NCBI GenBank assembly: GCA_000175855.1
Contig: ACYB01000042.1
Coordinates: forward strand, 240,001 to 272,000
Direction: 5' to 3'
DNA length: 32,000 nt
From: Raphidiopsis brookii D9
Lineage (GTDB): Bacteria; Cyanobacteriota; Cyanobacteriia; Cyanobacteriales; Nostocaceae
The translations under genes were made by a program, and so were the position numbers. Shown in pieces: positions 18,547 through 27,737 of the stretch. The notes under the pieces are model-generated. The model was not told the DNA's origin, did no database searches, and saw nothing but the letters and a program-made list of their open reading frames with translations. Each line of letters starts with the position of its first letter. Positions within the stretch are counted from its first letter, which is position 1.

Positions 18547-19842
18547 ATGTTAAAACGTAACGTTTCTCTAGTGTTGAGTGTAACATTGGCAACTAGTGCT
18601 TGTTTTTTGGGTGGTTGTGAAAATACAACCCAAAGTACAAATAATACTACCTCACCTACAAACACAGGAAGTGGTAAAGGACTAAAAATTGGTAGTTTAT
18701 TGCCAACCACTGGGGATCTAGCTTCCATTGGTCAACAAATGGCAGCTTCAGTTCCCCTACTAGTAGAAACCGTCAATGCTTGTGGTGGTGTAAATGGTGA
18801 ACCAGTACAACTAGTGGAAGTAGATGACCAAACTAAACCAGAAAGTGGTGCAGCTGGTATGACTAAACTAGCTACAGTAGATAAAGTAGCTGGTGTAGTT
18901 GGTTCCTTTGCTAGTAGTGTTTCCACCGCAGCTGTTTCAGTAGCTACACCCAATAAAGTTATGCTGATATCACCAGGAAGCACCAGTCCCGTATTTACCC
19001 AAAAAGCTCAAAAAGGTGACTTTAAAGGTTTTTGGGCACGGACTGCACCACCAGATACCTATCAAGCATTGGCTTTAGCTCAACTGGCCAAGAAAAAAGG
19101 TTTTAAGAGGGTTTCCACAGTTGTGATTAATAACGACTATGGTGTAGGTTTTGAAAAAGCATTTGTACAAACTTTTGAAAAATTAGGTGGAACAGTAGTT
19201 AATAAAAATAAACCTGTGCGCTATGACCCTAAAGCCCAAACTTTTGAAACTGAAGCTAGTGCCGCTTTTTCGGGTAAGCCAGATGCAGTTTTGGGTGTAA
19301 TGTACGCAGAGACAGGTAGTTTATTTCTTAAAGCCGCTTATCAACAAGGAGTAGCTAAGGGAGTACAAATTCTATTGACTGATGGAGTGAAATCAGATAA
19401 CTTCCCGGAACAGGTAGGTAAGGGAGCAGATGGTAAATATTTATTATCTGGAGCAATAGGAACAACCCCCGGTTCCAACGGTAAAGCCCTAGAGTCCTTC
19501 AAAAAATTATGGCAACAAAAGAAAGGTGGCACTCCGGGAGAATACGCACCTCAAGCCTGGGATGCTGCAGCTTTGTTGGTGTTAGCAGCTCAATCGGCTA
19601 AAGAAAATACCGGTGTGGGAATTTCCAGCAAAATTCGGGAAGTTGCTGAAGGTAGTGGCACAGAAGTTTCTGATGTGTGTGAAGGACTCAAATTGCTCAA
19701 AGCAGGTACAAAGATTAATTACCAAGGCGCTAGCGGGGATGTGGATGTGGATGCTAATGGTGATGTACTCGGTGTTTATGATGTTTGGACTGTGGGTGAT
19801 GATGGTAAAATCACAGTTATTGACCAAGTAAGTCCCAAATAG
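18547..19842 (+). CDS. ABC transporter periplasmic substrate-binding lipoprotein, LivJ/NatB (branched-chain / neutral amino acid) type
   Basis: Signal peptide with lipobox FLGGC. The type-1 PBP pattern LKIGSLLPTTGDLASIG...GGVNG...DDQ...VAGVVGSF is present. The ATG at 18547, preceded by AAGGAG, is preferred over 18517. Confidence 0.8.
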   Translation: MLKRNVSLVLSVTLATSACFLGGCENTTQSTNNTTSPTNTGSGKGLKIGSLLPTTGDLASIGQQMAASVPLLVETVNACGGVNGEPVQLVEVDDQTKPESGAAGMTKLATVDKVAGVVGSFASSVSTAAVSVATPNKVMLISPGSTSPVFTQKAQKGDFKGFWARTAPPDTYQALALAQLAKKKGFKRVSTVVINNDYGVGFEKAFVQTFEKLGGTVVNKNKPVRYDPKAQTFETEASAAFSGKPDAVLGVMYAETGSLFLKAAYQQGVAKGVQILLTDGVKSDNFPEQVGKGADGKYLLSGAIGTTPGSNGKALESFKKLWQQKKGGTPGEYAPQAWDAAALLVLAAQSAKENTGVGISSKIREVAEGSGTEVSDVCEGLKLLKAGTKINYQGASGDVDVDANGDVLGVYDVWTVGDDGKITVIDQVSPK

Positions 19843-19848
19843 GTTTAT

Positions 19849-19873
19849 GGGGGGTTGGGAAGTACCCTCCCCC
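19849..19873. terminator. GC-rich hairpin between convergent genes (bidirectional terminator candidate)
   Basis: GGGGGGT-TGGGAAGT-ACCCTCCCCC lies between the stops at 19842 (+) and 19880 (-). Confidence 0.45.
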
Positions 19874-19879
19874 TGGTGA

Positions 19880-20503
19880 CTAAATTCCGCTGAATCTATA
19901 ACCCACACCAAATAACAAACCAATATCAACGGAGCGGAAAAACCCCGCATTGATAGATGCTGTAGCGGTAAATCTATCACTTAATGGCATATCCACACCA
20001 CCGGATAATAACAGAGCAATTCTAGGATATTTATCATTTTGAACTCGCACATTAATATCCCTACTGTCTTTAATTGCCACGCCAATTCCCGCATAGGGAG
20101 CAATGGGTAGGGTGGAACCATTTAATACTTGTTTTATTTGTGGGTAGGCAAAATCATAAGTGATGGGAAATATAAGTGTGGTCTCTCTACCTAAAACCGC
20201 TCCCGGTCTGATTGAGAATGAATTGAAAAGGGAGAGCTTGCTGACAATTCCAAAATTACCATCAGCTAATGGGGAACTACCACCACTTATACCAATATTT
20301 CCTCCCACCCCTATATAACTTCCCCCTTCTTGAATGGGTCTTGTTAAAGCAGCATCCATTTGAGACTGGGTAGCTTGATCAGGAGGAGCAGCATTATCTG
20401 ATGGACTAACCTGTGCTGTTGCAGAAAGACCACCACCTAAAACCACTAAGGTTAGTAAACTTGATAAGCAAAAAAGATGTTTGGCTAAAAACATAGTATT
20501 CAC
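19880..20503 (-). CDS. Secreted small beta-barrel-like (outer-membrane-protein-like) protein
   Basis: 207 aa. Has an N-terminal signal peptide ending SATAQ, Gly-rich alternating hydrophobic strands, and the C-terminal strand GVGYRFSGI. Confidence 0.5.
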   Translation of the reverse strand: MNTMFLAKHLFCLSSLLTLVVLGGGLSATAQVSPSDNAAPPDQATQSQMDAALTRPIQEGGSYIGVGGNIGISGGSSPLADGNFGIVSKLSLFNSFSIRPGAVLGRETTLIFPITYDFAYPQIKQVLNGSTLPIAPYAGIGVAIKDSRDINVRVQNDKYPRIALLLSGGVDMPLSDRFTATASINAGFFRSVDIGLLFGVGYRFSGI

Positions 20504-20702
20504 ATCATTGGGTAGTATTGTGATATGGTAACATCTCTAAGTTGTTAGTATTGTTTGGGACGAAATCCATGGTTAATATCAAGAATTTCCTCACTCTTTA
20601 ACATTCAACACTAAAAAATCCTTTTTTGCATCCCTAATTTGAAATAAACTATTAGGATAGAAGTATTTGCTACCCTGTGTATATATCTCACCAGAGTTAA
20701 TA

Positions 20703-23700
20703 ATGATTCCAGTTCGACTGATTCTAAAAAACTTTTTGAGTTACCGTGATGCAACTTTAGATTTTACGGGATTGCACACGGCCTGCATTTGTGGTCCTAA
20801 TGGAGCAGGTAAATCTTCTTTGTTGGAGTCTATAACTTGGGCAATCTGGGGTCAAAGTCGTGCCAATATTGAGGATGATGTTATCTATGCTGGAGCGCAA
20901 GAGGTTAGGGTTGATTTTACCTTCTACAACAATTTACAAAAATATCGGGTAATCCGTACTCGTGCCCGAGGTGCTACGGGTATGTTAGAATTTCAACTGG
21001 AAACTCCTGCTGGTTTTCGTCCTCTTACGGGTAAGGGGATCCGTGCTACCCAGGACCTGATTCTCCAACATATTAAGTTGGATTATGAAACTTTTATTAA
21101 TTCGGCTTACCTCCGTCAAGGACGCGCTGATGAATTTATGCTAAAAGGGCCTGCTCAACGTAAGGAGATTTTGGCGGAGTTGTTAAAGCTTAATCAGTAC
21201 GATTTGTTGGAGGAAAGAGCTAAGGATAATTCCAAGCAGTGTAAGGGAAGGGTGGAAGAGTTGGAACGTTCTATCCACAACATTCAATTACAATTGACTG
21301 AGAGGGAAACAATTCAAACCCAAAGAGCAACTTTGGAAACTAGATTACATCATCTGCAACAACAACAGACTTCTGATTATCAACACTTGCAAGATCTACA
21401 GCTGGTTGAACGTCAACGTCACGATTGGGAAACTAAGTTGGGGGTAGTTCAACAACAGTGCCAAAATCTCGTTCTAGAATGCGATCGCCTTTATCAAGAT
21501 GGTTCAATTGTCAAGTCTCAATTGGAGGAGTTAGATTCTATTTTAGGTCAGTCTGAAGAAATTACAGCTGGTTATATTGGTTTTCAAGCTCTACAATCTC
21601 AGGAAGAGTCTTTTACTAGGAAATTTGAGCAACATAATCGTGCTATTAGTTCTAAACAAGCACGAGAACAGGAACTTATGACACGAGTCCAAGCCATTCA
21701 ACTACAAATACAACAAGAGTCAGTAGAATTAAGGTCCTCGGAAAAACAAGAGCAGGAATTACAAGGGTGCTTACATAAGTCTAAAGAAGTAGAAGCTGCC
21801 TTGATCAGTCTGTTTGCTGCTCGTGAACATCTTAACCAGATGGATCAGTTACAAATTCAGGTGACTCCCCTCCTCCAACAACGAGCAAGTTTACAAAGTC
21901 AGATAGACCGGGTTTATGCCACTTTGTCAGCTAAATTGGAGGGGTTGGAAAATACTCGACAACAACTACAATCCAAAGATTCTGACTTCTCTCGGTTACA
22001 GGATTCTGCTACACAGCTGGATAAGCAAATTGAGGAGTTGGAAAAGAAACGCGTTTATCTGCAAAGGGTACATGAAAAGGGAAATGATCGTCGTCATGTA
22101 ATTGAACGTTTGCAAACTCATCAAACTGAATACGAGAAATCTTTGGGTAAGCTGGAACAAAAGATACAGCTACTTCAGGAGCCTAATGCTCTATGTCCCC
22201 TCTGTGAATGTCCTTTAGATAAGCATAATTGGAGTCGGGTTGTAGAAAAAACTCAGGGAGAATACAAGGATACTCAGGAACAATTTTGGCAAATACGGGA
22301 ATTATTGGCAGTGTCTGACCAAGAAATTAAAGCATTAAGGTCGGAATATCAGACAATCTCCCGACAGGTGGCAGAATATGAGTCTTTAAGGCAAAAGAAA
22401 GGAGAATTGGGTGCTAAGCTACAAGCTATGATCGATAATCGAGAAAGGTTGAAGCAACTTGCTTTAGAAAAGCAAAGTTTACAGGCTCAATTACAAGGGG
22501 ATTATGCTCCAGAACTACAACAGGAACTACAAGAGGTAGATCAGCATTTACAACAACTAAATTATCAGGAAGAAAATCACGCTTTAGCTAGAAGTGACAT
22601 AGAGCGTTGGCGATGGGCAGAAATTAAACAAGCTCAGATTAAAGATGCTCAAAAGAAAATAGCTCAAATAGCACAGATTAAGCCTAAACTAGTAGCCAAG
22701 ATTGAGGAGTTACAAGCACAAGTGCTATGGGAACAGACTAATTCACCAATAGCTGAGGAAATTAGGGGATTAGCAGTGGATCTTGCTGCTATTGATTATA
22801 GTCATGAAGCACACCAGGAAATTCATAGAAAAGTTCAAGGGAGTCAACATTGGCAATTGAAACATCAGCAGTTGTTATCTGCTCAACAACAATATCCTTA
22901 TCTGGAAAAAAGACTGGCAGATTTGAGTAGTGATTTGCAGCAAAGAGAGGCGCTAAAACAAAAATTTGCCATGGAAATAGGCGAAATACAGAAGCAATTA
23001 GCGTCTATGGTCAATCCAAGAGAGAAAATTGCTGATTTAGACCGAAAAATGGTAGCTCGTCGTCAAGAAATGGATGAAACTATTACTCATTTAGGCAGGT
23101 TGGAACAAAAAATAAATCAGTTAGAACTGCTCCAAAATCAGTATGAGCAAGAAAAGGAGCAATTAGCACTTTGTAAGAAAAAACAGCGCGTTTATCAGGA
23201 ATTGGCACAGGCCTTTGGTAAAAATGGTATCCAAGCACTAATGATTGAAAATGTGTTACCACAACTGGAAGCCCAGACCAATAAGTTACTTTCTCGGTTG
23301 AGTGGTAGTCAGTTACATGTACAGTTTATTACCCAGAAGTTGGGGAGTAAATCAACTAAGAAAAGCGCTAAGTTGGTGGACACTTTAGAAATTTTAATTG
23401 CTGACACAAGAGGTACAAGAGCTTATGAAACTTATTCAGGAGGGGAGGCGTTTAGAATTAACTTTGCCATTCGGTTAGCATTGGCTAAATTGCTGGCCCA
23501 GCGTGCTGGTGCTGCACTGCAGTTGTTAATTATAGATGAGGGATTTGGCACCCAAGATACGGAAGGATGCGATCGCCTGATTGCTTCAATCAACGCAATA
23601 GCGACTGATTTTGCCTGTATTTTGACTGTGACCCATATTCCCCATCTCAAGGAAGCGTTTCAGGCGCGAATAGAAGTAAATAAGAACCAACTGGGTTCCC

Positions 23701-23720
23701 ATTTATCGCTATTAATTTGA
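20703..23720 (+). CDS. sbcC: SbcC/Rad50-family SMC-like ATPase (exonuclease SbcCD C subunit-like)
   Basis: Has Walker A GPNGAGKSS, a long coiled coil with central CPLC zinc hook (22194-22205), signature YSGGE, Walker B LLIIDEGFG and H-loop VTHIP. The ATG at 20703 (MIPVRLILKNFLSYRD) is preferred over the TTG at 20667. Confidence 0.85.
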   Translation: MIPVRLILKNFLSYRDATLDFTGLHTACICGPNGAGKSSLLESITWAIWGQSRANIEDDVIYAGAQEVRVDFTFYNNLQKYRVIRTRARGATGMLEFQLETPAGFRPLTGKGIRATQDLILQHIKLDYETFINSAYLRQGRADEFMLKGPAQRKEILAELLKLNQYDLLEERAKDNSKQCKGRVEELERSIHNIQLQLTERETIQTQRATLETRLHHLQQQQTSDYQHLQDLQLVERQRHDWETKLGVVQQQCQNLVLECDRLYQDGSIVKSQLEELDSILGQSEEITAGYIGFQALQSQEESFTRKFEQHNRAISSKQAREQELMTRVQAIQLQIQQESVELRSSEKQEQELQGCLHKSKEVEAALISLFAAREHLNQMDQLQIQVTPLLQQRASLQSQIDRVYATLSAKLEGLENTRQQLQSKDSDFSRLQDSATQLDKQIEELEKKRVYLQRVHEKGNDRRHVIERLQTHQTEYEKSLGKLEQKIQLLQEPNALCPLCECPLDKHNWSRVVEKTQGEYKDTQEQFWQIRELLAVSDQEIKALRSEYQTISRQVAEYESLRQKKGELGAKLQAMIDNRERLKQLALEKQSLQAQLQGDYAPELQQELQEVDQHLQQLNYQEENHALARSDIERWRWAEIKQAQIKDAQKKIAQIAQIKPKLVAKIEELQAQVLWEQTNSPIAEEIRGLAVDLAAIDYSHEAHQEIHRKVQGSQHWQLKHQQLLSAQQQYPYLEKRLADLSSDLQQREALKQKFAMEIGEIQKQLASMVNPREKIADLDRKMVARRQEMDETITHLGRLEQKINQLELLQNQYEQEKEQLALCKKKQRVYQELAQAFGKNGIQALMIENVLPQLEAQTNKLLSRLSGSQLHVQFITQKLGSKSTKKSAKLVDTLEILIADTRGTRAYETYSGGEAFRINFAIRLALAKLLAQRAGAALQLLIIDEGFGTQDTEGCDRLIASINAIATDFACILTVTHIPHLKEAFQARIEVNKNQLGSHLSLLI

Positions 23721-24175
23721 TTTTTCCGTATTGCCACTTTTAACCCAACCTTCTTGATTAGTATCTGGAATCCTAATTTTTCCCACTTACCATCCTGACT
23801 GGTTTCTAAAATAATCACTTTTTGATTACCAGCAACTCCACCAATGGCTTGACCCTCAAAAGCGGGCTTATCTCGCATAGTCAAACCTTGTGACCAAGTA
23901 ACCACAGCAGTGTAGGATCCTGATGGTAAAGGAGTAGGTGATTCCCTTGGGAGGTCTGGTGTTGCGATAGGTTTTGGTTTCACCTTAACCACCTTTTTCC
24001 GGGTAACCCTGGGTAAATTAGGTTTTGGATCGGGATTATCATTAGGAAACATGGGTTTTTGAGGAGTGATGGCAGTGCGATTGATAAAGTATATGGCTAT
24101 TGTCATACCACTACCCAACAAAACGGCGATCGCTAACAAAAACCCAAGTACAAATTTAAGCAAACCAGAGAGCAT
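23660..24175 (-). CDS. Membrane-anchored SH3b-domain protein; C-terminus as sequenced is probably out of frame (true stop likely at 23712-23714)
   Basis: Has an N-terminal TM helix, a Pro/Lys-rich linker and the SH3_3-like YTAVVTW.QGLTMRDKP...GKWEK. Adding one A at the run 23777-23781 gives GKWEKIRIPDTNQEGWVKSGNTEKSN*, the canonical SH3b ending. Confidence 0.7.
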   Translation of the reverse strand: MLSGLLKFVLGFLLAIAVLLGSGMTIAIYFINRTAITPQKPMFPNDNPDPKPNLPRVTRKKVVKVKPKPIATPDLPRESPTPLPSGSYTAVVTWSQGLTMRDKPAFEGQAIGGVAGNQKVIILETSQDGKWEKLGFQILIKKVGLKVAIRKNQINSDKWEPSWFLFTSIRA

Positions 24176-24217
24176 AATTATTCCTTACTTTATCAAGAAG
24201 ATACATCCCATAACTTA

Positions 24218-25729
24218 CTATAATTGACGTTGTATACGTTCAGTTAAAGAACTATGCTTAGAAGCTAGACGGGCTCGACCAGAAGCTGCCCATTCTTGAA
24301 GTTGTTGAATTTGTTCCACAGCTGTTCTAGCTAGAGGAATGATTTGACTAGCAGCTTCTAAAATGTCATCAGTGGTGAAATCACGGTTTTGACTGAACGC
24401 AATGTGCATAGCTTCAATTAAAGTCTGCTCAATTTCTGCTCCAGAAAAATCAGGAGTTTCGTAGGCCAATCTATCAATTTCATAACCCTTGACATTATGG
24501 GGACGTAACCTAGATAGGTGAACATGGAAAATAGCCTTTCTTTCCTCCTGGGTGGGTAAACCCACAAAGAAAATTTCATCAAATCGCCCCTTACGCAACA
24601 TTTCCGGAGGTAGAGACTGAATATCATTAGCAGTAGAAACCACAAATACCGGAGAGGTCTTTTCTGCTAACCAAGTGATAAAAGTACCGAATACCCGACT
24701 AGTTGTTCCCCCATCACCCTTACTACCCAGACCAGAAAAAGCCTTATCAATTTCATCAATCCACAATATACAGGGAGCTAGAGCTTCAGCAACTTGAATC
24801 ATTTGTCTCGTGCGGGATTCTGACTCACCAACTAAACCCCCAAATAAACGACCCACATCTAAGCGTAACAGAGGTAAATGCCAATGGTGAGCGATCGCCT
24901 TAGCAGTTAGGGACTTACCAGTTCCCTGAATTCCCACCAACATTAAACCACGGGGGTGTGGCAATCCGTACTGTCGAGCCCGTTGTGTAAATGAGCCACC
25001 ACGGCGAATTAACCAGTCCTTGAGATTATCTAATCCACCAATATCAGAGATTTGCTCGGTAGCAGGGTAGAAGTCAAGAATTTGGGTTTGGCGAATAGTT
25101 TGGCGTTTTTCTTCCAGAACCAGGTCCACATCTTCTGGCAAAAGCTCTCCATGGGATGCTAAAGCCCGTGACAGAACTCGGCGAATTCTTTCCATTGATA
25201 GACCCTGACAGGAACGGACCAAATCATCCACAAACTTACCAGACAGAGAGTTACCTGTGGCCTGTAACAGTTTTTCCACTTCGGTTTTAATTTCCGGGAC
25301 AGTGGGTAAAGGGAATTCCACCACAGTCATAACTTCCGTTAAATCATCGGGAATAAGAACACGTGGGGATAATAAAACAATGTTTTTCGGTTGAGATTTC
25401 AGGACTCGGGATAAATTACGAAGTTTGCGAGCAATAGCCACATCGTCTAAAAAGCGATGATAATCTCTTAAAATTATAACCGCACAGACAGAGGATGGTA
25501 TTTTTTCAACAAATTCTAAAGCTTGCAGAGGATTGCGTTTACCAAAACCCTGATCATTAGGGTTTCCCTGATAACCATCAACAAAGTCCCAGGTATAGAC
25601 CGGGCGATTTCCTTGATTTGTTGCTTCTTCCCTAATAGTAGCTTCCACCCTTTCTTCTTCCTGGGTAGGAATGTAAATTAGGGGATAGCGGGCACGGAGT
25701 AATAGTTTAAATTCTTCGCGGAAGTTCAT
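24218..25729 (-). CDS. ycf46: Ycf46-like AAA+ ATPase
   Basis: 503 aa. The N-terminus MNFREEFKLLLRARYPLIYIPTQEEERVE resembles cyanobacterial and plastid Ycf46. Has Walker A GIQGTGKS, Walker B ILWIDEIDK and an SRH region. Confidence 0.7.
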   Translation of the reverse strand: MNFREEFKLLLRARYPLIYIPTQEEERVEATIREEATNQGNRPVYTWDFVDGYQGNPNDQGFGKRNPLQALEFVEKIPSSVCAVIILRDYHRFLDDVAIARKLRNLSRVLKSQPKNIVLLSPRVLIPDDLTEVMTVVEFPLPTVPEIKTEVEKLLQATGNSLSGKFVDDLVRSCQGLSMERIRRVLSRALASHGELLPEDVDLVLEEKRQTIRQTQILDFYPATEQISDIGGLDNLKDWLIRRGGSFTQRARQYGLPHPRGLMLVGIQGTGKSLTAKAIAHHWHLPLLRLDVGRLFGGLVGESESRTRQMIQVAEALAPCILWIDEIDKAFSGLGSKGDGGTTSRVFGTFITWLAEKTSPVFVVSTANDIQSLPPEMLRKGRFDEIFFVGLPTQEERKAIFHVHLSRLRPHNVKGYEIDRLAYETPDFSGAEIEQTLIEAMHIAFSQNRDFTTDDILEAASQIIPLARTAVEQIQQLQEWAASGRARLASKHSSLTERIQRQL

Positions 25730-25799
25730 AGTGATATAATAGGGTTGTTATAATGAGATAGATAATTGCTATTTGTAAATTCGGCTGTAAACTTGTAGT

Positions 25800-26528
25800 A
25801 TGAGCAACACTAGTAATTTTCGTCAAGCTTTTCGTGAAGCACAAAACCACAGTCTTGTGGGTCCCAACGTTATTGCCAAAGCTTTGCCCTATGTTGGTGG
25901 TGGTCTTGTTCTCACTGCTGTGGGCACCTATGGTGGTCTAGGTGTTATTAATTCCTACCCAGAATTATTCTTTCCTAGTTTCTTGGGTGCGGTAGTAGTG
26001 GAACTGATTTTGTTCTTTGTGTCCCAAAATGTGGCCAAGAAGGGTCAAAATGCCATCGCTTTGCCACTCCTGGCCATTTATAGTCTGTTGTCAGGATACA
26101 CCCTCAGCGGCTTAGTATTCGTGGCTCTAGGTACCCAGGGAGTGGGTATTCAGGGGATTGGCATAGCAGCATTGGGATGTGGTATTACCTTCATTGTAGC
26201 CCGTCAAATCGGTAGTAATCTTTCAGAATCCGATGGCATGGCCCTGACTAAAACCATTTCTCTGGGAATACTAGCCTTGCTTGTTGTATGCCTAACTCAA
26301 TTTGTTTTTACCCTGTTTGGTGTTTATACACCCACCTGGTTAGAAATTGGGATTTCCGGCCTGGGAGTATTTCTCTTTGCTGGCGCATCAGTGGTGGATT
26401 TTTACATACTACCTCGCACCTACACCAATGAAGAATACTTGCCCGCAGCTTTGTCAATGTATCTAACATACATTAACCTTTTTGTGTTTATTTTGAGACT
26501 GTTAATTGCCCTCAATAGTCGGGACTAG
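25800..26528 (+). CDS. Bax-inhibitor-1/YccA-family-like polytopic membrane protein
   Basis: 242 aa with about 7 predicted hydrophobic helices. Size and topology fit cyanobacterial BI-1 family proteins. The family call comes from overall pattern only. Confidence 0.55.
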   Translation: MSNTSNFRQAFREAQNHSLVGPNVIAKALPYVGGGLVLTAVGTYGGLGVINSYPELFFPSFLGAVVVELILFFVSQNVAKKGQNAIALPLLAIYSLLSGYTLSGLVFVALGTQGVGIQGIGIAALGCGITFIVARQIGSNLSESDGMALTKTISLGILALLVVCLTQFVFTLFGVYTPTWLEIGISGLGVFLFAGASVVDFYILPRTYTNEEYLPAALSMYLTYINLFVFILRLLIALNSRD

Positions 26529-26530
26529 TC

Positions 26531-26560
26531 TAATCAATTTTAATCAATTCTAATCAATTA
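26531..26560. repeat. Tandem 10-bp repeat TAATCAATTN x3
   Basis: TAATCAATTT, TAATCAATTC and TAATCAATTA run head to tail, starting 3 nt after the stop at 26528. Confidence 0.9.
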
Positions 26561-26562
26561 AA

Positions 26563-26586
26563 GTGGGAGCATTTAACTGCTCCCAC
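26563..26586 (+). terminator. Perfect 8-bp stem hairpin after the BI-1-like gene
   Basis: GTGGGAGC-ATTTAACT-GCTCCCAC. The downstream tract is only moderately T-rich (ATCACTCTTGTTCTT). Confidence 0.5.
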
Positions 26587-26617
26587 ATCACTCTTGTTCT
26601 TATGGATAGGATAAACT

Positions 26618-27737
26618 ATGGAAGTTCTAGAACTAAAACGGGAAATAGAAGTATTGTGTAATCGCCTGGGTAAAACCCAGGACTATCTTTGACGTACCCG
26701 CAGTCAAAGCCAAAATTCAAGACCTGGAACAGATATCAGCCCAACCAGAATTTTGGGATGACCAAAACCAGGCACAACAAACACTTCAGGAGCTAAACGA
26801 CCTCAAATCTCACTTAGATCAGTATTACCACTGGCAGGCTGACTTAGAAGATACTAAAGCAGTAGTGGAACTATTGGAACTAGAAGCAGATGAAGGACTC
26901 TTACAGGAAGCTGAAACTACCATTAACCAAATGCACCGTGATCTGGATCAGTGGGAGTTACAACAACTACTTTCCGGACCCTACGATAGCCAGGGCGCAG
27001 TCCTAACAATCAATGCAGGTGCAGGAGGTACTGATGCCCAAGACTGGGCATTCATGTTAATGCGGATGTACACCCGTTGGGCAGAAGCCCATGGCTATAA
27101 AGTGACACTAGCTGAAGAATCTGAAGGTGACGAAGCGGGGATAAAATCAGCTACCCTGGAAATTACAGGTCGTTATGCATACGGTTATCTACGCGCAGAA
27201 ATGGGAACCCATCGGTTAGTGAGAATTTCTCCTTTTAATGCCAATGGTAAACGCCAAACTAGTTTTGCTGGAGTAGAAGTTATGCCACAAATAGATAACT
27301 CCGTCACCCTAGAAATACCAGAGAAAGATTTAGAAGTCACTACCTCCCGAGCGGGGGGTAAGGGTGGACAAAACGTCAACAAGGTAGAAACAGCAGTGCG
27401 TATAGTTCATATTCCCACAGGAATAGCAGTGCGTTGTACAGAAGAGCGATCGCAATTACAAAATAAAGAAAAAGCTTTAGCTCGTCTCAAGGCTAAGCTT
27501 TTAGTTATTGCCAGGGAGCAACGTGCCCAAGAGATAGCTGAAATTCGTGGTGACATGGTAGAAGCATCCTGGGGCAATCAAATACGTAACTACGTTTTTC
27601 ATCCTTATCAAATAGTCAAAGACTTGCGTACAAACCTTGAAACAACGGCTATTATTGATGTAATGAATGGTGATCTGGATAATTTTATCCAAGCATATCT
27701 GAGGCAAGAAAATCAATTGGTAACTAGTGGTGAGTAG
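26618..27737 (+). CDS. prfB: Peptide chain release factor 2, expressed via programmed +1 ribosomal frameshift at 26687-26693
   Basis: ORF0 MEVLELKREIEVLCNRLGKTQDYL ends at the in-frame TGA (26690-26692). The +1 frame continues DVPAVKAKIQDLEQISAQPEFWDDQ... into the 26865-27737 ORF, which carries SPF and GGQ (SRAGGKGGQNVNKVETAVRI). Confidence 0.93.
26679..26693 (+). promoter_or_regulatory. prfB frameshift cassette: SD-like AGGA, TAT spacer, slippery CTT, TGA, C
   Basis: AGGAC TAT CTT TGA C. The TAT CTT TGA C part is identical to the classical E. coli prfB site. Confidence 0.85.

Noticed and set aside
20504-20702. Possible LexA box upstream of sbcC (repeated TAGTATTGT motifs)
   Set aside because: Neither copy matches the cyanobacterial LexA consensus RGTAC-N3-DGTWCB; there is no GTAC core.
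20703-25729. SbcC-like ATPase, SH3b protein and AAA+ ATPase considered as a possible defence island (SMC/AAA-based system)
   Set aside because: sbcC is convergent with the other two genes, not co-oriented. The AAA+ protein matches the widely conserved Ycf46 family, there is no nuclease, methylase or other effector gene nearby, and HIP1 sites occur throughout. It looks like core genome.
26531-26560. Tandem repeats as a CRISPR or minisatellite array
   Set aside because: The units are only 10 bp with no spacers, which is far too short for CRISPR. No cas genes are in the window.
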